From contig CP075494.1 of assembly GCA_021613535.1 (NCBI GenBank), positions 7,812,001 to 7,876,000 of the forward strand: 64,000 nucleotides of DNA, in the 5' to 3' direction. This DNA is from Adineta vaga. Its lineage: Eukaryota > Animalia > Rotifera. A program made the translations under genes and the position numbers. How positions within the stretch are numbered: the first letter of the stretch is position 1; every line of letters begins with the position of its first letter. Under the pieces are notes generated by a model that did not search any database, was not told the DNA's origin, and saw only the letters and a program-made list of their open reading frames with translations. Shown here in pieces: positions 42,031 through 55,392 of this stretch.

Positions 42031-45000
42031 GTATTATCTGGAAGGAAAACGATATTTTATTATAAACTTTGTTTTAATTTTTCGTTTGTTGATTTTGACT
42101 TTTGTAACGAATCTGTGCTTTTTTGTTATCTATAATAATCACATTTTTAATTGGTTAAATTCAAACACCTATGAAACATATCGTTTTTGTTCATTCAATG
42201 CTTTTGCCTGCATCATCGTTATGTCTGTAAAAATGATTTCAATCAATTTTATTAGAAAAAAGATGCGTAGATATGTTTCAAACATATCTGCATTCAACAA
42301 AATGATTGTTCAAATTGTCGTATTAAATTGTTTTGACATTGAGATAATTACATAGTTATATGAGAATAATTATCGACATGATCTTCATAATAGAACGTAA
42401 TCTGAACTGATTCTGTATTATGAAAACATGATTTAAAAGTGTCAACCATTGAAATTCTGTAACGAAGTGCAAAGTTAAACCAGAAACCCAATTGCAAAAA
42501 ACGTTTAAGCGATCATTGATATAGCTCACATCAATACTCTTACTCGAGATGAGTTCAATAGATTACGATAATGATGAATCCTTGTCAAACAGAAAGTGTC
42601 CTTGAGTGTAAACCATAAGTTCTGTTTTCTTCTGGTATTTATATTCTTATTCGATTTCTTTATTATAGCTAATAGTGCTCTAATTACTAGAATAAGGTAA
42701 CGACGAATAGTTCATACGATACATTTTTTAATTAAATAAAAATATGAATGATGATACTAGATGTTTTCAAAGGTTTTGCTTATCAATAGGAAAGCATTCT
42801 CTAACGAGAATTGAAAAGAATAAAAACAAGACTATTTAATTACTTGATAATTGATGTCATCAACTACAATTATCAGTTCGATGTGTAATCTTTTCATTAA
42901 ATACTTTTCGAATATATTAATCATTTCAGTGATAATATCAGATGAGAATTTACTGAAAATAATAAACAGAAGTAATTATCTATTCAGTTGTATACTAAAT
43001 GTAGAAAAACATCTTATCCAGGTCACTTGTCAACATTTGTACGACGATGAACGCTAATTCAAATTTAGTCGAGGGAATCAATATGACTCGTTATGACATT
43101 ATGTTTCTTGTAATAATTTGTTTCGTCAAATGCAAAAACAGTCTTTTTGACATAAAATAAAAAAGTCATGTATAACATGATAAGATGGAAAAACTACATT
43201 TTGAGAACTTTCATGTTTTGAGGTTATTTTCAAACTATCTGATCAATCTTCTTCTAGCATCTAGGAGGACTAAATGCATTGCGTATAATTAACTTAAATA
43301 GTTCTTTATTATAGATTCGTAAATGCGTCATTCAGAAGGATAATATTCATTCTCACTTTTCTTCTCTTATATCACGAAACAGAATTCTTACACTTATACA
43401 ATCGTATCTGTCAAAAAGAACTAGTTCTTTGGAATTCTTTCTTGAATAAATCCACTTTTTTTTATTTAATTTAATTCGGATTTCATTGTCTTTAGGACAA
43501 AAAACTTTTTCTCTCGTTCTTGTCATTCCAATAAAATATTCAAATGGTAAATGTCAAATCTATGATGTCGCTATTGTTAATCTTTCAAAAAACAAAGATA
43601 ATTTGTTCATGACTGATTAGATTTGTGATGTGTGACATGGTGAAACTTTTGTTCAAATAATTTTCATATATAAGCAACGTTTTTATTTTGTGACGAACGA
43701 ACATCACTTTCACTAGATATTTCTTGTCACTCGTAGTCATTCTTCTCAAAGGTAAGTTATTTCTTTCCGTAATGATTTTTCCCTTTTCTGTATTCAAGGT
43801 CATATTGATCAGATTTAAGAAGAGATTTATTGAATCGTAGTTCTATTCAAGTGAGAACAATTAGCTCTTATCGATATTTTTTTGTTTCCTTCTAAGTTAT
43901 TTCCTACTCCAAACCTTGAAATATTCGACTGCTGTTCCAATTGTTATTCAATTAGATGATCTAGATCATTCAAGGTATAGAAAATGTTTTTTAATTTATA
44001 AATAATTAGTATTAATGAAACAAGTTCTTTTCTTTCTTTCTTTTTTTTTCTCTTTTTCTATCATTAAATATAAACAGTCGATCGTTTTCCGAAGATGAAT
44101 GATTCTTCTACATCGTCACGGTCAATAAAGAGAAAGGAATCAGCTGCAATATCCAGACTAATTATACTTTCTCGAGTAGAAAAGCAAAGGGCATTAAAAT
44201 TGCTTGAAATAGTAATTAACTGACGGGGATATTACGAAAGAGCATACAGATGTTGTCTATTAGAAGATATTCTCTCATGAAGATATATATAATTCAGTGA
44301 TAAACCTTGACCTAAAACGTAATAGCTTGTTCAATAATTATATACGTTTGATCTACAAATTGTTTTGTAATAAAACTCTCTCATGAGTGTTTTTCTCCGA
44401 AAGAAAAATGCCAAAACTTATTTCATAGATACACATGTAGAAATGATGATCACGTTCTTGGTAATATTCAATCATCAACTTATCAGTCAGGTAATTAATA
44501 GAATCGTATGTGAATTGAAAGATTTTGACAAAGATTAGTATTGAAGATAGACTGATTGATAGCATGTGTCTTACATACTAATTCTCTGTATAATATATTT
44601 CTTTGATCATATTCTTATGAAAATACCACTAGCTATAACTGTCGTAAAGAAGAAAAAAAATCGATCTTTTTTGTCAATGAGAAGAAGAATTTTGTATAGT
44701 TTACGAATATATAGATCAACTCTTGTAATTATGAAAAAAGAAACTTGAAAGAACATATGTTACGATTTATTTTGACGTCATCATCATATTATTATTGTTT
44801 TTGTTCGTCAAAATGACACATAAAATAAAGCGTATATCTCTTTATAGTTGTTTGTACGACCATGAGCAGTCAAGAATCTGTTATAAACATTCTAACCATT
44901 TACAGACGACAAAGACAAATAGCATGCTTAGTAGAAAGAATAACCTTGTATTTAACACTACACAAAATGACATTCAATACTCTTTTATCATTTAAGAAAC

Positions 45001-46457
45001 AAACATGTCGATTGAAATAATCATCATTCAATCATCATCCTCATCATCATATATGAACATAAATGAAGAAGAATTTTGTATAAAAGAAAAAAAAAGTATG
45101 AACATACACTTGTATTTTGTTTAAAAAAAAGAGGAGAAGAAGATGTTATTTTGTTCTGTTATTTCTTCTATGAAATGTTAGAAAAATGATACATGAAATA
45201 ACTAGACGATATAAAGATTGGAACTTGAAAAAAATATTGATAGATGTGATAATCATCATCGAATGTATCTGGCGGAAGTAGAGAAGAAATAATAAGAAGG
45301 AGAAAGAGAAAGAGAGAGAGAGAACAAGACGGAGGAACATTATGAAGAGAACTAATAGTGGTAGTAGTAGTAGTAGTCCTTGTTTCATATGCAATGATTA
45401 GGATAGTATTACTTCAATGTTTCTCTTGTTCTTCTTATTGATTTAGTATTAATAAATCAATTGATCAGACGATATTCTAGACGAAAACTTCAGGTAAGAT
45501 AATAAATTCTCTCTGTTATTGAACAGATTACCATACTAAGTATATATGATGAATAACTTTTTTAAAGCTTCTTGACATCAATAGATTAGTTTGTTGAATA
45601 ATGAATATATAAATAGAAAAAAACATTCTTTTCCCTCTCAATTCATCTAGTAGAATCATCTAGGTTTCTTTTGAAAATTTGAATTTTTCTACATGAATCC
45701 ATTAGTAAGGAATAGAGAAAGAACATTATTATTATATTCCCATTTTTGTAAAATTTTTCAATAGAACTAAGCATGTAGAATAGTCGGTTAAGCAAGGCCA
45801 TATACAAATATTTTTTTTATCTATATCATTCCAGGAGTCTGGAATTATAACGAGAAGTATGAATTTGTGTGTCAATAAATAGATAGCTAATTTTTTCATG
45901 TAATTCTTACTGATTAAAACTATATCAACTAAAATCCTTCGATAATGTTCAATTGAATATATGTAGTACATCTCTGCGCAGTTAACAATGAAAATGTTTG
46001 GAAGATGAAGGGAGAGCAAAGCCTGTTAGATGTTCCAGCCTCTTCTTTTTGTTAACCTTGCTAGTGTTAGTTTTATCTCTTCGTCTGCGACAGTATTCCC
46101 CTTAAACAACGATGTATTCAGGTCAATAAGATACATATCTCTCAATGCTTGAAACACACAAAAAAGAAAAGTTGACATAGAACTATCGAGTGTGTTTATC
46201 GCAACATAAATCATAGTGTTCATTGTTATATACATCTACTATTCTTTGAGTAAATGATCGAACAGTCAAACATTATTACTTAATATAAACAAAGAAATTC
46301 TTCTTACTCAATTTCTTTCGATATTGTAGAACTGGAAAATCGATTTGCTTTTTCTTTATAGATAACATGATGATATTTAAATTATCAAACTCATGATAGA
46401 TGGAATAAAAATTGATCAAATTATTTTCTATTAAACATTCTCTATCGCAAGATTATC

Positions 46458-48364
46458 ATGAATAATACTATCTTACGAAATCTCTTCGTGCTAACCAGTG
46501 CTGCAATCTTTCTCGGTACAATCATTCTCAATCTCTTAGCTATTGTTTATATTCGTTCAAGGCGAGACAAAACGTCAATTGCTATTCTTGTTGTTAATTT
46601 AGCGATTGCTGACATCATTCATGCTAGTATGTATTAAAGAAAAACTTCGATTTTCAAGACAAAAGAATCGAAATTTCATTTCTTTTTCTAGTGGGAATTA
46701 TCTTCTTTAGTAGTAATTTATTTACTCCAAGTTGGGTGTTCGGTGAATTTGGTTGTAAATTTAGTTTGTCAATCGATGTACTTTGTACTGTGGTAAGTTT
46801 AGTTAGATACATTTTTCTGTCATGTCAATCGACTAATTGTTGCACAGTTGAAAATAACATTCATTTCCTTCTTTTTCTTTTTTTGTTCTTCACTTCATAA
46901 TAAGAGCACTTAGGAAAGAGGATTAGAATAGAACAAAAAAAGTGTTCGACGTCAGTTCAAAAGGAAAATATAATATTTTTCTGCTTTCACGATAGGAAAA
47001 GGTTAGGATTTTTTTGTTAAAATAGTAATATCGTGAAAGAAGAAATCGTAAATTTGAAAAGAAAAACATTATATCGTATCCAAAGAGATAATTGTATATG
47101 CTAAGAAAAAAAACAGAATAACATAATTGCCAAGTGTTTATTAATACTTGAAACGAATTTCTTGTTTATAAATACATACATAAAAACATGACAGAGAAAA
47201 ACAACGAATCAAGGACAGTGATATTATCATAAACACCATAACAATAATATCCAAATGAGTTAATAACTATCTCATTAAAAGAAATCTATTAATGACAACA
47301 GAAGTTTTCATTTCATTAAACGAATTAGATCAATAATCGATGTCATCTCATCAAATGTCTTCTATGAGTCGTTTTTACACTTGTTTACAGATAATCGGAT
47401 TAATGAATTATAAACATTGAAATGATCTACGATTCTTTCAATATTTAAGAAATCTTTTAGTTGAATAGAAGAAGACAAAATCGAACACTTTCGTACGAAA
47501 CTTTTTTCATAGGTTATTGTCTATACAGTAGCAGCATTAAGCGTCGAACGTTATATCGATGCTCGATCAAAATTATCATCAAAAGTTCGTTTATTTATTA
47601 CTTTTATTTCATTGATTATCATTTGGACAGTTGGTTTATTATTACCATATCCATTCATTTTCTATACATTTCTCTATGATCAAAGTAAGACAACAACAAG
47701 AAAAAATATGACAACATCAACATCAATATTAACATGTCGTTCTGTTCTTTCCGAACATGCATTACTTATCTATGAAATTATTTTATATATTATGGCATTT
47801 ATTATACCTTATTCAATAATTGTCATATTTTCATTGAAATTACTTCGATTTTTACGTCAATGGTTAAATCGAAAACAAAAATTAACACGTTTAAATATAG
47901 TTAAAAAACGAACACGTGGTGTTAAACTTGTTCTATGTATTGTTCTATCATTTCTTATTTGTTATACACCATTTTGGATATTTAAATTTTATACAAGTTT
48001 TTTGCTCGATGAAACAATACGTCGACGACCATTATTGAGACAGTTTTTAACATATGCACATCAACTTGTCGTTTTACTTAGTCATATTGAAGGTATTTTA
48101 AATCCATTATTTTTTATTGTATTAACTGAACATTTTTGTAAAACATTTTCAAAACATCGACAAAAAACATGGAAATTTTTTGGTACAAGATCATCTTTAA
48201 TTTCACGAAATGGTGAAAGGAAATCATCGATTAATAATGGAAAGAATTCAATGCGAAAAATAGTAACAACTTGTGGAAATACAGAAATCAACGGTCTTCT
48301 ATCATCACAACCGACTCTCTGTGAAGAAAAGGATAAAATTACTGTAGCTGCTCTATCTCATTAA
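46458..48364 (+). CDS. Rhodopsin-class peptide-receptor-like GPCR
   Basis: NLAIADII (TM2), WVFGEFGCK (ECL1), LSVERY (TM3), FIIPY (TM5), FLICYTPF (TM6), LNPLFF (TM7); three coding exons. Resembles somatostatin/galanin-group receptors. Confidence 0.88.
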
Positions 48365-49017
48365 TGATTGTACATTGTTTGTAGTAGAATCAAGATTAAT
48401 AAATATACATGTATATATAAATATATCAATAATATTGATGTAGAATTCATTCAAGCTGCCTTAATCATGTGTTTCTAAGATAGTTCTTTGAAGGACAAGT
48501 AATGTTTTGTATCATGTCATTACTTTCGATATATCTTGCTTGTTTATAAGAAGATCTGTCATCGTGACATTCTTACCAGTAAAACAAAGACAAAGAAGCG
48601 CGAAATTGAACTTTAAAGGCATTAAGTTTTTGTATATTTCTATTGTGTCAAACTTTTATGATTTTAGTAAGAGTTTGTAATAAGTTTATTATAAGAGAAA
48701 TCAAAATGACCAAGAATTTCCCTACGCTTGACGTCAGATGAATAAAATGATTTCTACTGTATTACCATACAAAAAAATCACTGAAGCATAGAGAGACCAA
48801 TACGCATATAACAAAAATATACTGGTCTCCTGTGCATCTATGACTGAGTAATCGTCTTTGTACGTGTCCATTATCAATATGCACATTTTTTCTTTCTTTC
48901 TCTTTCTTTCTATTTCGAAAATAAAATAGATAAATCAACAGCAATATATCGTCAACACAGTCTGTTTTTTTCTTTCTTTACGTTTAAATCTGAAAGGAAA
49001 GATATACTCTCTCCAAT

Positions 49018-50862
49018 ATGGGTAATCTGCAAGGTAAAGATCGATCATTGAAATATCTACATAGTACTAATTCATCGACAAAAAATGATCATATCGATCA
49101 ATTAGCTGATCGTCCATTCGTTGTTGTTTGGTGTGATGCATCAATTGGTTCGGATGCGAATGCAAATGATGATGTCAATACATTAATTCAATTGACAAGT
49201 ATTGTAAATAGAAAACGACAACTTATTCATACATTCAGTGAAATAGATGCATGTCAAGAATTTATCCTTCATGCGAATAATATCTGCCTAATTGTATCTG
49301 GTCAAATGGGAACACAACTCGTTCCATCAATTCATGATCTTCGTCAAGTTCATTCGATCTATATTTTTTGTCTCAACAAATCCAAATATGATCAATGGGC
49401 AAAAAAATATGATAAAGTTCGTGGAGTTTATACAGAAATTGATGAAATTTGTGATTATTTAAAGAAATATTTCATGGTACAATCAGTAGCATCTGATTAT
49501 GAACAATTACAAGTAAATGCTTTGAAGAAAAATATCGAATTACCATCAATTGACAAACAAGAAACGGCATTTCTTCATGCTATTCTAACTAAATCCATTT
49601 TATCTAATATAAATTTAATCAAAATCGAAGATATGATTAATTATTGTCGAGTTGAGTATCCAGGTGAATATCAACAACAAACAATTACTGATTTAGAAAA
49701 AGATTATTCTCAACATGATCCAATTTGGTGGTTTACACGAGATAATTTTCTTCAAAAAATTGTCAATCGTGCTTTACAAATCAATGATTTATTTACCTTA
49801 TGTACGATGAGTCCATTTATTCAACAACTTATTCAACAATTAACACAATTACATGGAGAACAAATATCTTCATTATCGAAAGGATTGGAACTTTATTCAT
49901 GTCAATCAATGTCATATGAAGATTTCGAAAAAGTTAAATTAAATCAAGGAGGACTTATGTGCATTAATCAATTTCTCTTTGCTAATAGTGAACAAGCTGT
50001 ACCAATGAATTTTATTCAACATCAAGTTAAACCAACAGGAAATACAGGAAATATCAATGTACTTTTGAATATTTCAATAGTACGGGTAAATGAGCCGAAT
50101 GTTTCTTTTGCAAATATTGGTACAAAAAGTCAATTTGTTCATGAAAATGAATATCTAATATCCATGTCAAGTATCTATCGAATTGATAAAATTGAACAAC
50201 TTCCACAAATTTCTTCAGCTTGGCTTATTTATTTAACCTTAATTGATAAAAAAGATACACAATTCACTCAGTTAACGGATTATTTAAAATCAAATAATTC
50301 GATGGACGAATCTAATCTACCTGAATTGGCAACATCAACTACACATAAATTATATCAATTTAAATCAACACGGAAATTATTTGAACAATCTTTACAGACG
50401 AAAACCAAACAAACTCAATCGATTCTATTACATTATAATATGGGTGTTATTTATGATTGCATGAGTCAATATCAAAACGCTGTTAGTGACTATAAATCTG
50501 CAATAGATTTAGTTCGACAGACGATACCAAATGGTTATCATAGAGATGATTTATGTCTTATACCATTATATTCTAATATGGGATTGAGTTATGAACGATT
50601 GAATATATTTCCTCATGCATTTGATCATGCATATCGTGCATTGAGTATTCTTTCGAGAACTGACGATTCAGTTATGTTTAAAAAAGAACTTTCAGCTTCA
50701 ACTTATTTCAATCTTGGTTTAATTCATGAATTAGATATGAAATTTGCTGAAGCAAAAATGTTTTATGAACAAGCGTTAAAAAATCGACTTCAATTTCTAT
50801 CCAATGAACATCCAGATGTAATCAGTTTACGAAATACTTTGAAATTATTAGCTCCCGAATAA
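49018..50862 (+). CDS. Intronless receiver-like + degenerate ADP-ribosyltransferase + TPR protein (614 aa)
   Basis: VVVWCDASI...CLIVSGQMG..VHSIYIFC N-terminal domain; PIWWFTRDNFL..VNRAL; LYSCQ/NQFLFAN/HENEYL ART-like core; TPRs ending NEHPDV. Confidence 0.85.
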   Translation: MGNLQGKDRSLKYLHSTNSSTKNDHIDQLADRPFVVVWCDASIGSDANANDDVNTLIQLTSIVNRKRQLIHTFSEIDACQEFILHANNICLIVSGQMGTQLVPSIHDLRQVHSIYIFCLNKSKYDQWAKKYDKVRGVYTEIDEICDYLKKYFMVQSVASDYEQLQVNALKKNIELPSIDKQETAFLHAILTKSILSNINLIKIEDMINYCRVEYPGEYQQQTITDLEKDYSQHDPIWWFTRDNFLQKIVNRALQINDLFTLCTMSPFIQQLIQQLTQLHGEQISSLSKGLELYSCQSMSYEDFEKVKLNQGGLMCINQFLFANSEQAVPMNFIQHQVKPTGNTGNINVLLNISIVRVNEPNVSFANIGTKSQFVHENEYLISMSSIYRIDKIEQLPQISSAWLIYLTLIDKKDTQFTQLTDYLKSNNSMDESNLPELATSTTHKLYQFKSTRKLFEQSLQTKTKQTQSILLHYNMGVIYDCMSQYQNAVSDYKSAIDLVRQTIPNGYHRDDLCLIPLYSNMGLSYERLNIFPHAFDHAYRALSILSRTDDSVMFKKELSASTYFNLGLIHELDMKFAEAKMFYEQALKNRLQFLSNEHPDVISLRNTLKLLAPE

Positions 50863-51099
50863 AATCAAATTGTCGAAATTTTCTCTACGAAATAAAAGTT
50901 AAAAAAAATCTTCAATGAAAGAATTTTAAAGGATAATATTTCGTATTCAATGCAGAACGATTAAATCGTAAAATATGATCTGAATACTTCTTTTGAAAGA
51001 TACAATTTGTTGATGAGTAAATAAAACGAATATTTTGTTTTTGGATTCATTTTTTTTATTTTTTATCAAAGTGTTCATATGATTGCAGTTCTTAAATTT

Positions 51100-51699
51100 T
51101 TAACCAAATCTCAAAAATTCGCCTTTTCTACCAAACCGAAGAAAATTGCTTGAAGCTGTTGGTTGAGCTTCTCGTCCAAAACGAAGGAAATTATTCGAAG
51201 CTGCTTCTTGAAATTGACGACCAAATCGAAGGAAATTGCTCGAAGCTGGATGTTGAGCTTGACGACCAAAACGAAGAAAGGCCGGTTGTGAACGACCAAA
51301 ACGAAGAAAAGCCGGTTGTGAACGACCAAAGCGAAGAAAAGCAGCGCTATTAGGATCAGGACGACCAAATCGAAGAAATGATGAGGACGTTGATGGAAGT
51401 TGACGACCAAATCTTAAAAATTCTGCTGCTCGTGGTAAAATGAAATATTCTTCATCGTCTTCCTTATCATCGTTTATTATCTCTTCATTATCTAATATAC
51501 GCGAAGGTTGAATTAAAGTATTCGGTTGAGAATTTAGACTTGCATCATTTGTATCTTTATTTAGAAAAAAGCAAAACAAAGAAAAATGATAAATCAAATT
51601 TATAAAAGAGAAATCAAATCAAATACAATGCATACCACAAGTAACAATTGAAATTAATTGAAGACAAATAAGGGACGATAAAATGGTGAAGAGATACAT
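51100..51699 (-). CDS. FMRFamide-related (FLRFamide) neuropeptide precursor, 9 copies
   Basis: Signal-peptide exon [21 protein letters not shown], an acidic spacer, then nine FLRFG units separated by R or RK cleavage sites. Confidence 0.95.
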
Positions 51700-53526
51700 A
51701 TTGATGAATAGCGTATCTTAATATAATATTTCAAAAGATTCAAATGTAAATGAAATTTTTAATGTTTTATTTCTCTATTTATAATACTCAAAGGAAGATG
51801 ACAATTTCTCTTTATCGAAAGTCTTGCATGTCATGTGAACAAATATTAGATGATTGTAGAACTATCATGTGTATAACCTAAATAACAGACCTTTGTGAAG
51901 GCGGAAAACAATAAAAGAAAGAAAGAAAAGCAATAATTATCATCATTAGCGATGGATTGTTCTATTGCCTGGCGAGATTTCTATCGTGACGAAATATTGT
52001 TAAGAAGATAATTAAACTAATGTTCCTTTTTTCAGACTGAAAAGATGATTTTCAAGTTTGAACGTGGTGAATGAATTATATGTTTTGGCCTACACATATA
52101 TTTGTAAAATGAAATATTTATTTATGATTATATGGTCGACTGAAAAGCTTTTTAGATCGGAAAATGTCTTTTTAATTTTCTATAAATAATGACCTTCTAC
52201 ATATTAAGAGTTATTCTTGTTTCAATAAATTATACATACCGATTGACTGTGAGTGCATATGAGATATACATGAAAATAGAACACAATCGTAATCAACAAA
52301 AAATAACATTCAATATGATTGTATTCGACTGTTTATACAAATTTTTCTAACAATCTCAGAATTCGTATGCCCTCAGCAAGACAAGACAAAACAATAAGTT
52401 TTTATTCTTATAAATTACAGTTGAATTACGGGTGAAATCAGCGGAAATATGAATATCTGTTTCAGTTGTCTTCTATACATGTAAAGATGAAATCTTACTT
52501 TCTTTAGTAATTATCATCATACCAACGCAGAGAATACTAAGACCTATATATATAAATTAACATCCAATAAACATTCGTTGCACTCTTGCCTTCTTTCACA
52601 TTTCTTTAACTATCTTTATCGTGATCAAAAACTACAATCTGTGATAAATATCCTACCCATACCCTTTTCAATATCTTATCTATTTTAATTTATTTCAAGA
52701 TGAACAATCGCAACCTACTTGTTATTTTTTTGATATCGTTACCAATCGTCATGCCATGATCAATGGACTTTTATGCAGATATAAGCGAGTTTTTTAACTA
52801 ATTTCTCAGCTCGACCATCATATGGTTATATTCGTAATTCAAGATTCAAACAATGTGGTAATGCCTTCAAAAGAATATTTCGTTTGTTGTCATAGGACAT
52901 GATCAAGAAAAGGGTTTAATCGAACTATCATTCAAATTAAATTGCAGTATTTTCTACAATGAAGAAAGTCCTTTCCGTTAAACTATTTGAAATGTAAAGA
53001 ACATTTTTGAAAACATTGCTCGTCAGCCATAACATTTGAGGATTTAAAATATAATGCTTCACTAGTTTCACCTTTGCTGTTATCACACAAGACAGATTAG
53101 ACAAAAATTAAGATGAAATAAATCTTTATTCTACATAAATATGATCAATTAGAAATGTTTTATTTTTCATTGTATACGATGTAGAAGAACAAGAAAAGAG
53201 AATTAGCAATCAAAGAATACAATATTCAGTTGAATCAATAGATACAACAGAATCCATTCGGTTTTTATTGATACTCTGATAGATGACTAACTCGTGATCT
53301 AATGTAAACGAACAAATAAGAATGAAATATTGGAATGACGTGACGTATTATTCTTTTCTCACTTTGTTCCTAGAAAATCATTTATGCGAGATAAATCTCA
53401 TCGACAACATACAACACACACGTAACAAGTAGAAGAAAGAGTAAATTCAGCTAACGAACAGAATAATCATAGAAAACAGTTGAGAAAGATAGAAGAAAGA
53501 AAATACGATAACCACCATCTAACCAG

Positions 53527-55000
53527 TTACTCTGATCGAATTTTATTTTCTTCATTCGTATCAGATAATTTTCGTTTAAGTGATTGACCGATTGTTTCAC
53601 ATACTGTAGTGATGCGCATGTTCATACTATTGTAAAAATGTGCACGACCAAACAAATTTAATTCATCAAGAGGCATATAAGCAACATTTGTTACGGTTTC
53701 ATATTCAATATTTGGTAGTGTGATTGCATAGAAAGTGGCTGTGAATCCTAAGAAAAAAAAAAGGAATAATCAAATGAAGTTTTCTTTAACTTTCCAAGAG
53801 CTAAAGCATCAGAATTAGTGAATTGGCCTTCGATGAGATCAGGAATTGGGAGTTTGTCAGTTTCATATGGCAAACTAGAATTCGAACCACTTCCGATAGT
53901 GTATGTTAAAGATTAATGAACGATTTCTATGAAAAGAAAAAATATCGATATTAATTCTTTGAATACAAACTTCAATAATAAAAGTGTCCTTCGAACTGCT
54001 CTTTTTGTTGCTTTTAGTATCAAATCAATGGTTTTTCAATCGTCCTATAATGAAAAATGGATATCACATTGACCAGAATGAACTAATGAGGAATCACTTA
54101 TTGGGTATTTCTTATAATGTCGAAATTGATTCATGAGTTTTATCACAGTAGAATCGACAGCATGCGCATACTAACGCGCAATCATTTTGTATGTTGATTC
54201 TTTCGCTATATTCAGTTGATCACCGATCTCAATACGTTCGTTAAGAGTCTTGTTCAATTCGTTATTTGTTGCGAGTATGGTTTCATGTAAAGATTCAATT
54301 TTAAAACTTGATTTCCTATACTGAAAGGATAGAGTTTAGAAACGAAATTCAGTTTAATTTTGTCGGCAATACAGTAGAAAGCGATCATTTTAAAGGTGTA
54401 AAGTGATTATCTTTCCGATCAAACTCACATATTGTTTTAAAAGAAAACGAATGCGAGCAAGTTTTAAGTCGAGGTTCTATTCTTTGCCCCAATCGTTACA
54501 AACAAGGTTTGACTATTGATGGGTCGACCATTCCTGACGTACAATCGTCGCAAATTAACTATATGAGTTTCACATTTTAGTACCAAAAGGGCTGTGCTGA
54601 AAAGCTTCTTTTACTAAAAAAGAAACGAAATGTTTCCCTATGAAACTTAGTATAATTCGTATTTTATTTTTTAAACAGTATGTATTAGCTGTCATTGAGA
54701 TCTGAATGCGACTATAATTGCATATAAATTGTGACAGTCTAGAGTGAGGGAATCGACTTCCGATGAACCTTACTTGTGAATCCAAAGATGACAAAACATT
54801 GAATACTTGATTCTCCAACTGTGTCAGCATAGAAATTGTATCCGTTGATGATGGTGATGGGTTTGAAAGAACCCATGTCGAAACAATCCGGTGCGGAAAC
54901 GACCGAATCCAGCACCTTCAGCTGATTTCATGGAAGCAGTATTCCCGATCGGAATTCATCAGACGAAATCCGTTCGTTTTCCATCATATCCTCATAAAAA
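53527..55000 (-). pseudogene. Multi-exon pseudogene of unrecognised family
   Basis: Exon-like blocks with AG/GT boundaries (about 54320-54075, 54046-53968, 53926-53791, 53747-53527) carry in-frame stops and a phase mismatch. The last block reads ...GQSLKRKLSDTNEENKIRSE*, with AATAAA near 53125. Confidence 0.5.
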
Positions 55001-55392
55001 ACAGTGGAACAATGCGGAAAAAACCTACATAAGGAATTTCTCGATACTTTTTCGAATATCTGCGTAGGCTTCCATATTCTTTTACGTCGAAATGATCTAT
55101 AGTAATAAGAATAAGATATAACCGATAAACGTTCGAATGATAACGACAAAATCGACCTAAACAGAACTTTTCCTATATTTCTAATAATAGAAGAATTAAT
55201 CACTTGATATTACTTTCATAAAATAACGGAACTAACAATTGACTGAACCGACACCGAACCGAAAGCTTAGAATCTTGGTCTGCTTTTCAGATAAATAAAT
55301 CACATTCGCATTTATATTACATTGGCCGTCGCTGATGCTTTACCGTGAAGCAACCATTGCTGGAAAGATACGAGAGATGCCGCGGTCAACTA

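Noticed and set aside
42050-46300. Many 60-112 aa ORFs between the esterase and the GPCR
   Set aside because: Low-complexity AT-rich ORFs without consistent splice structure; probably regulatory DNA plus a non-coding GPCR 5' exon (donor near 45494).
51111-51410. Periodic DNA resembling a CRISPR or satellite array, plus alternative-frame ORFs
   Set aside because: Fully explained by the repeated FLRFGR coding units.
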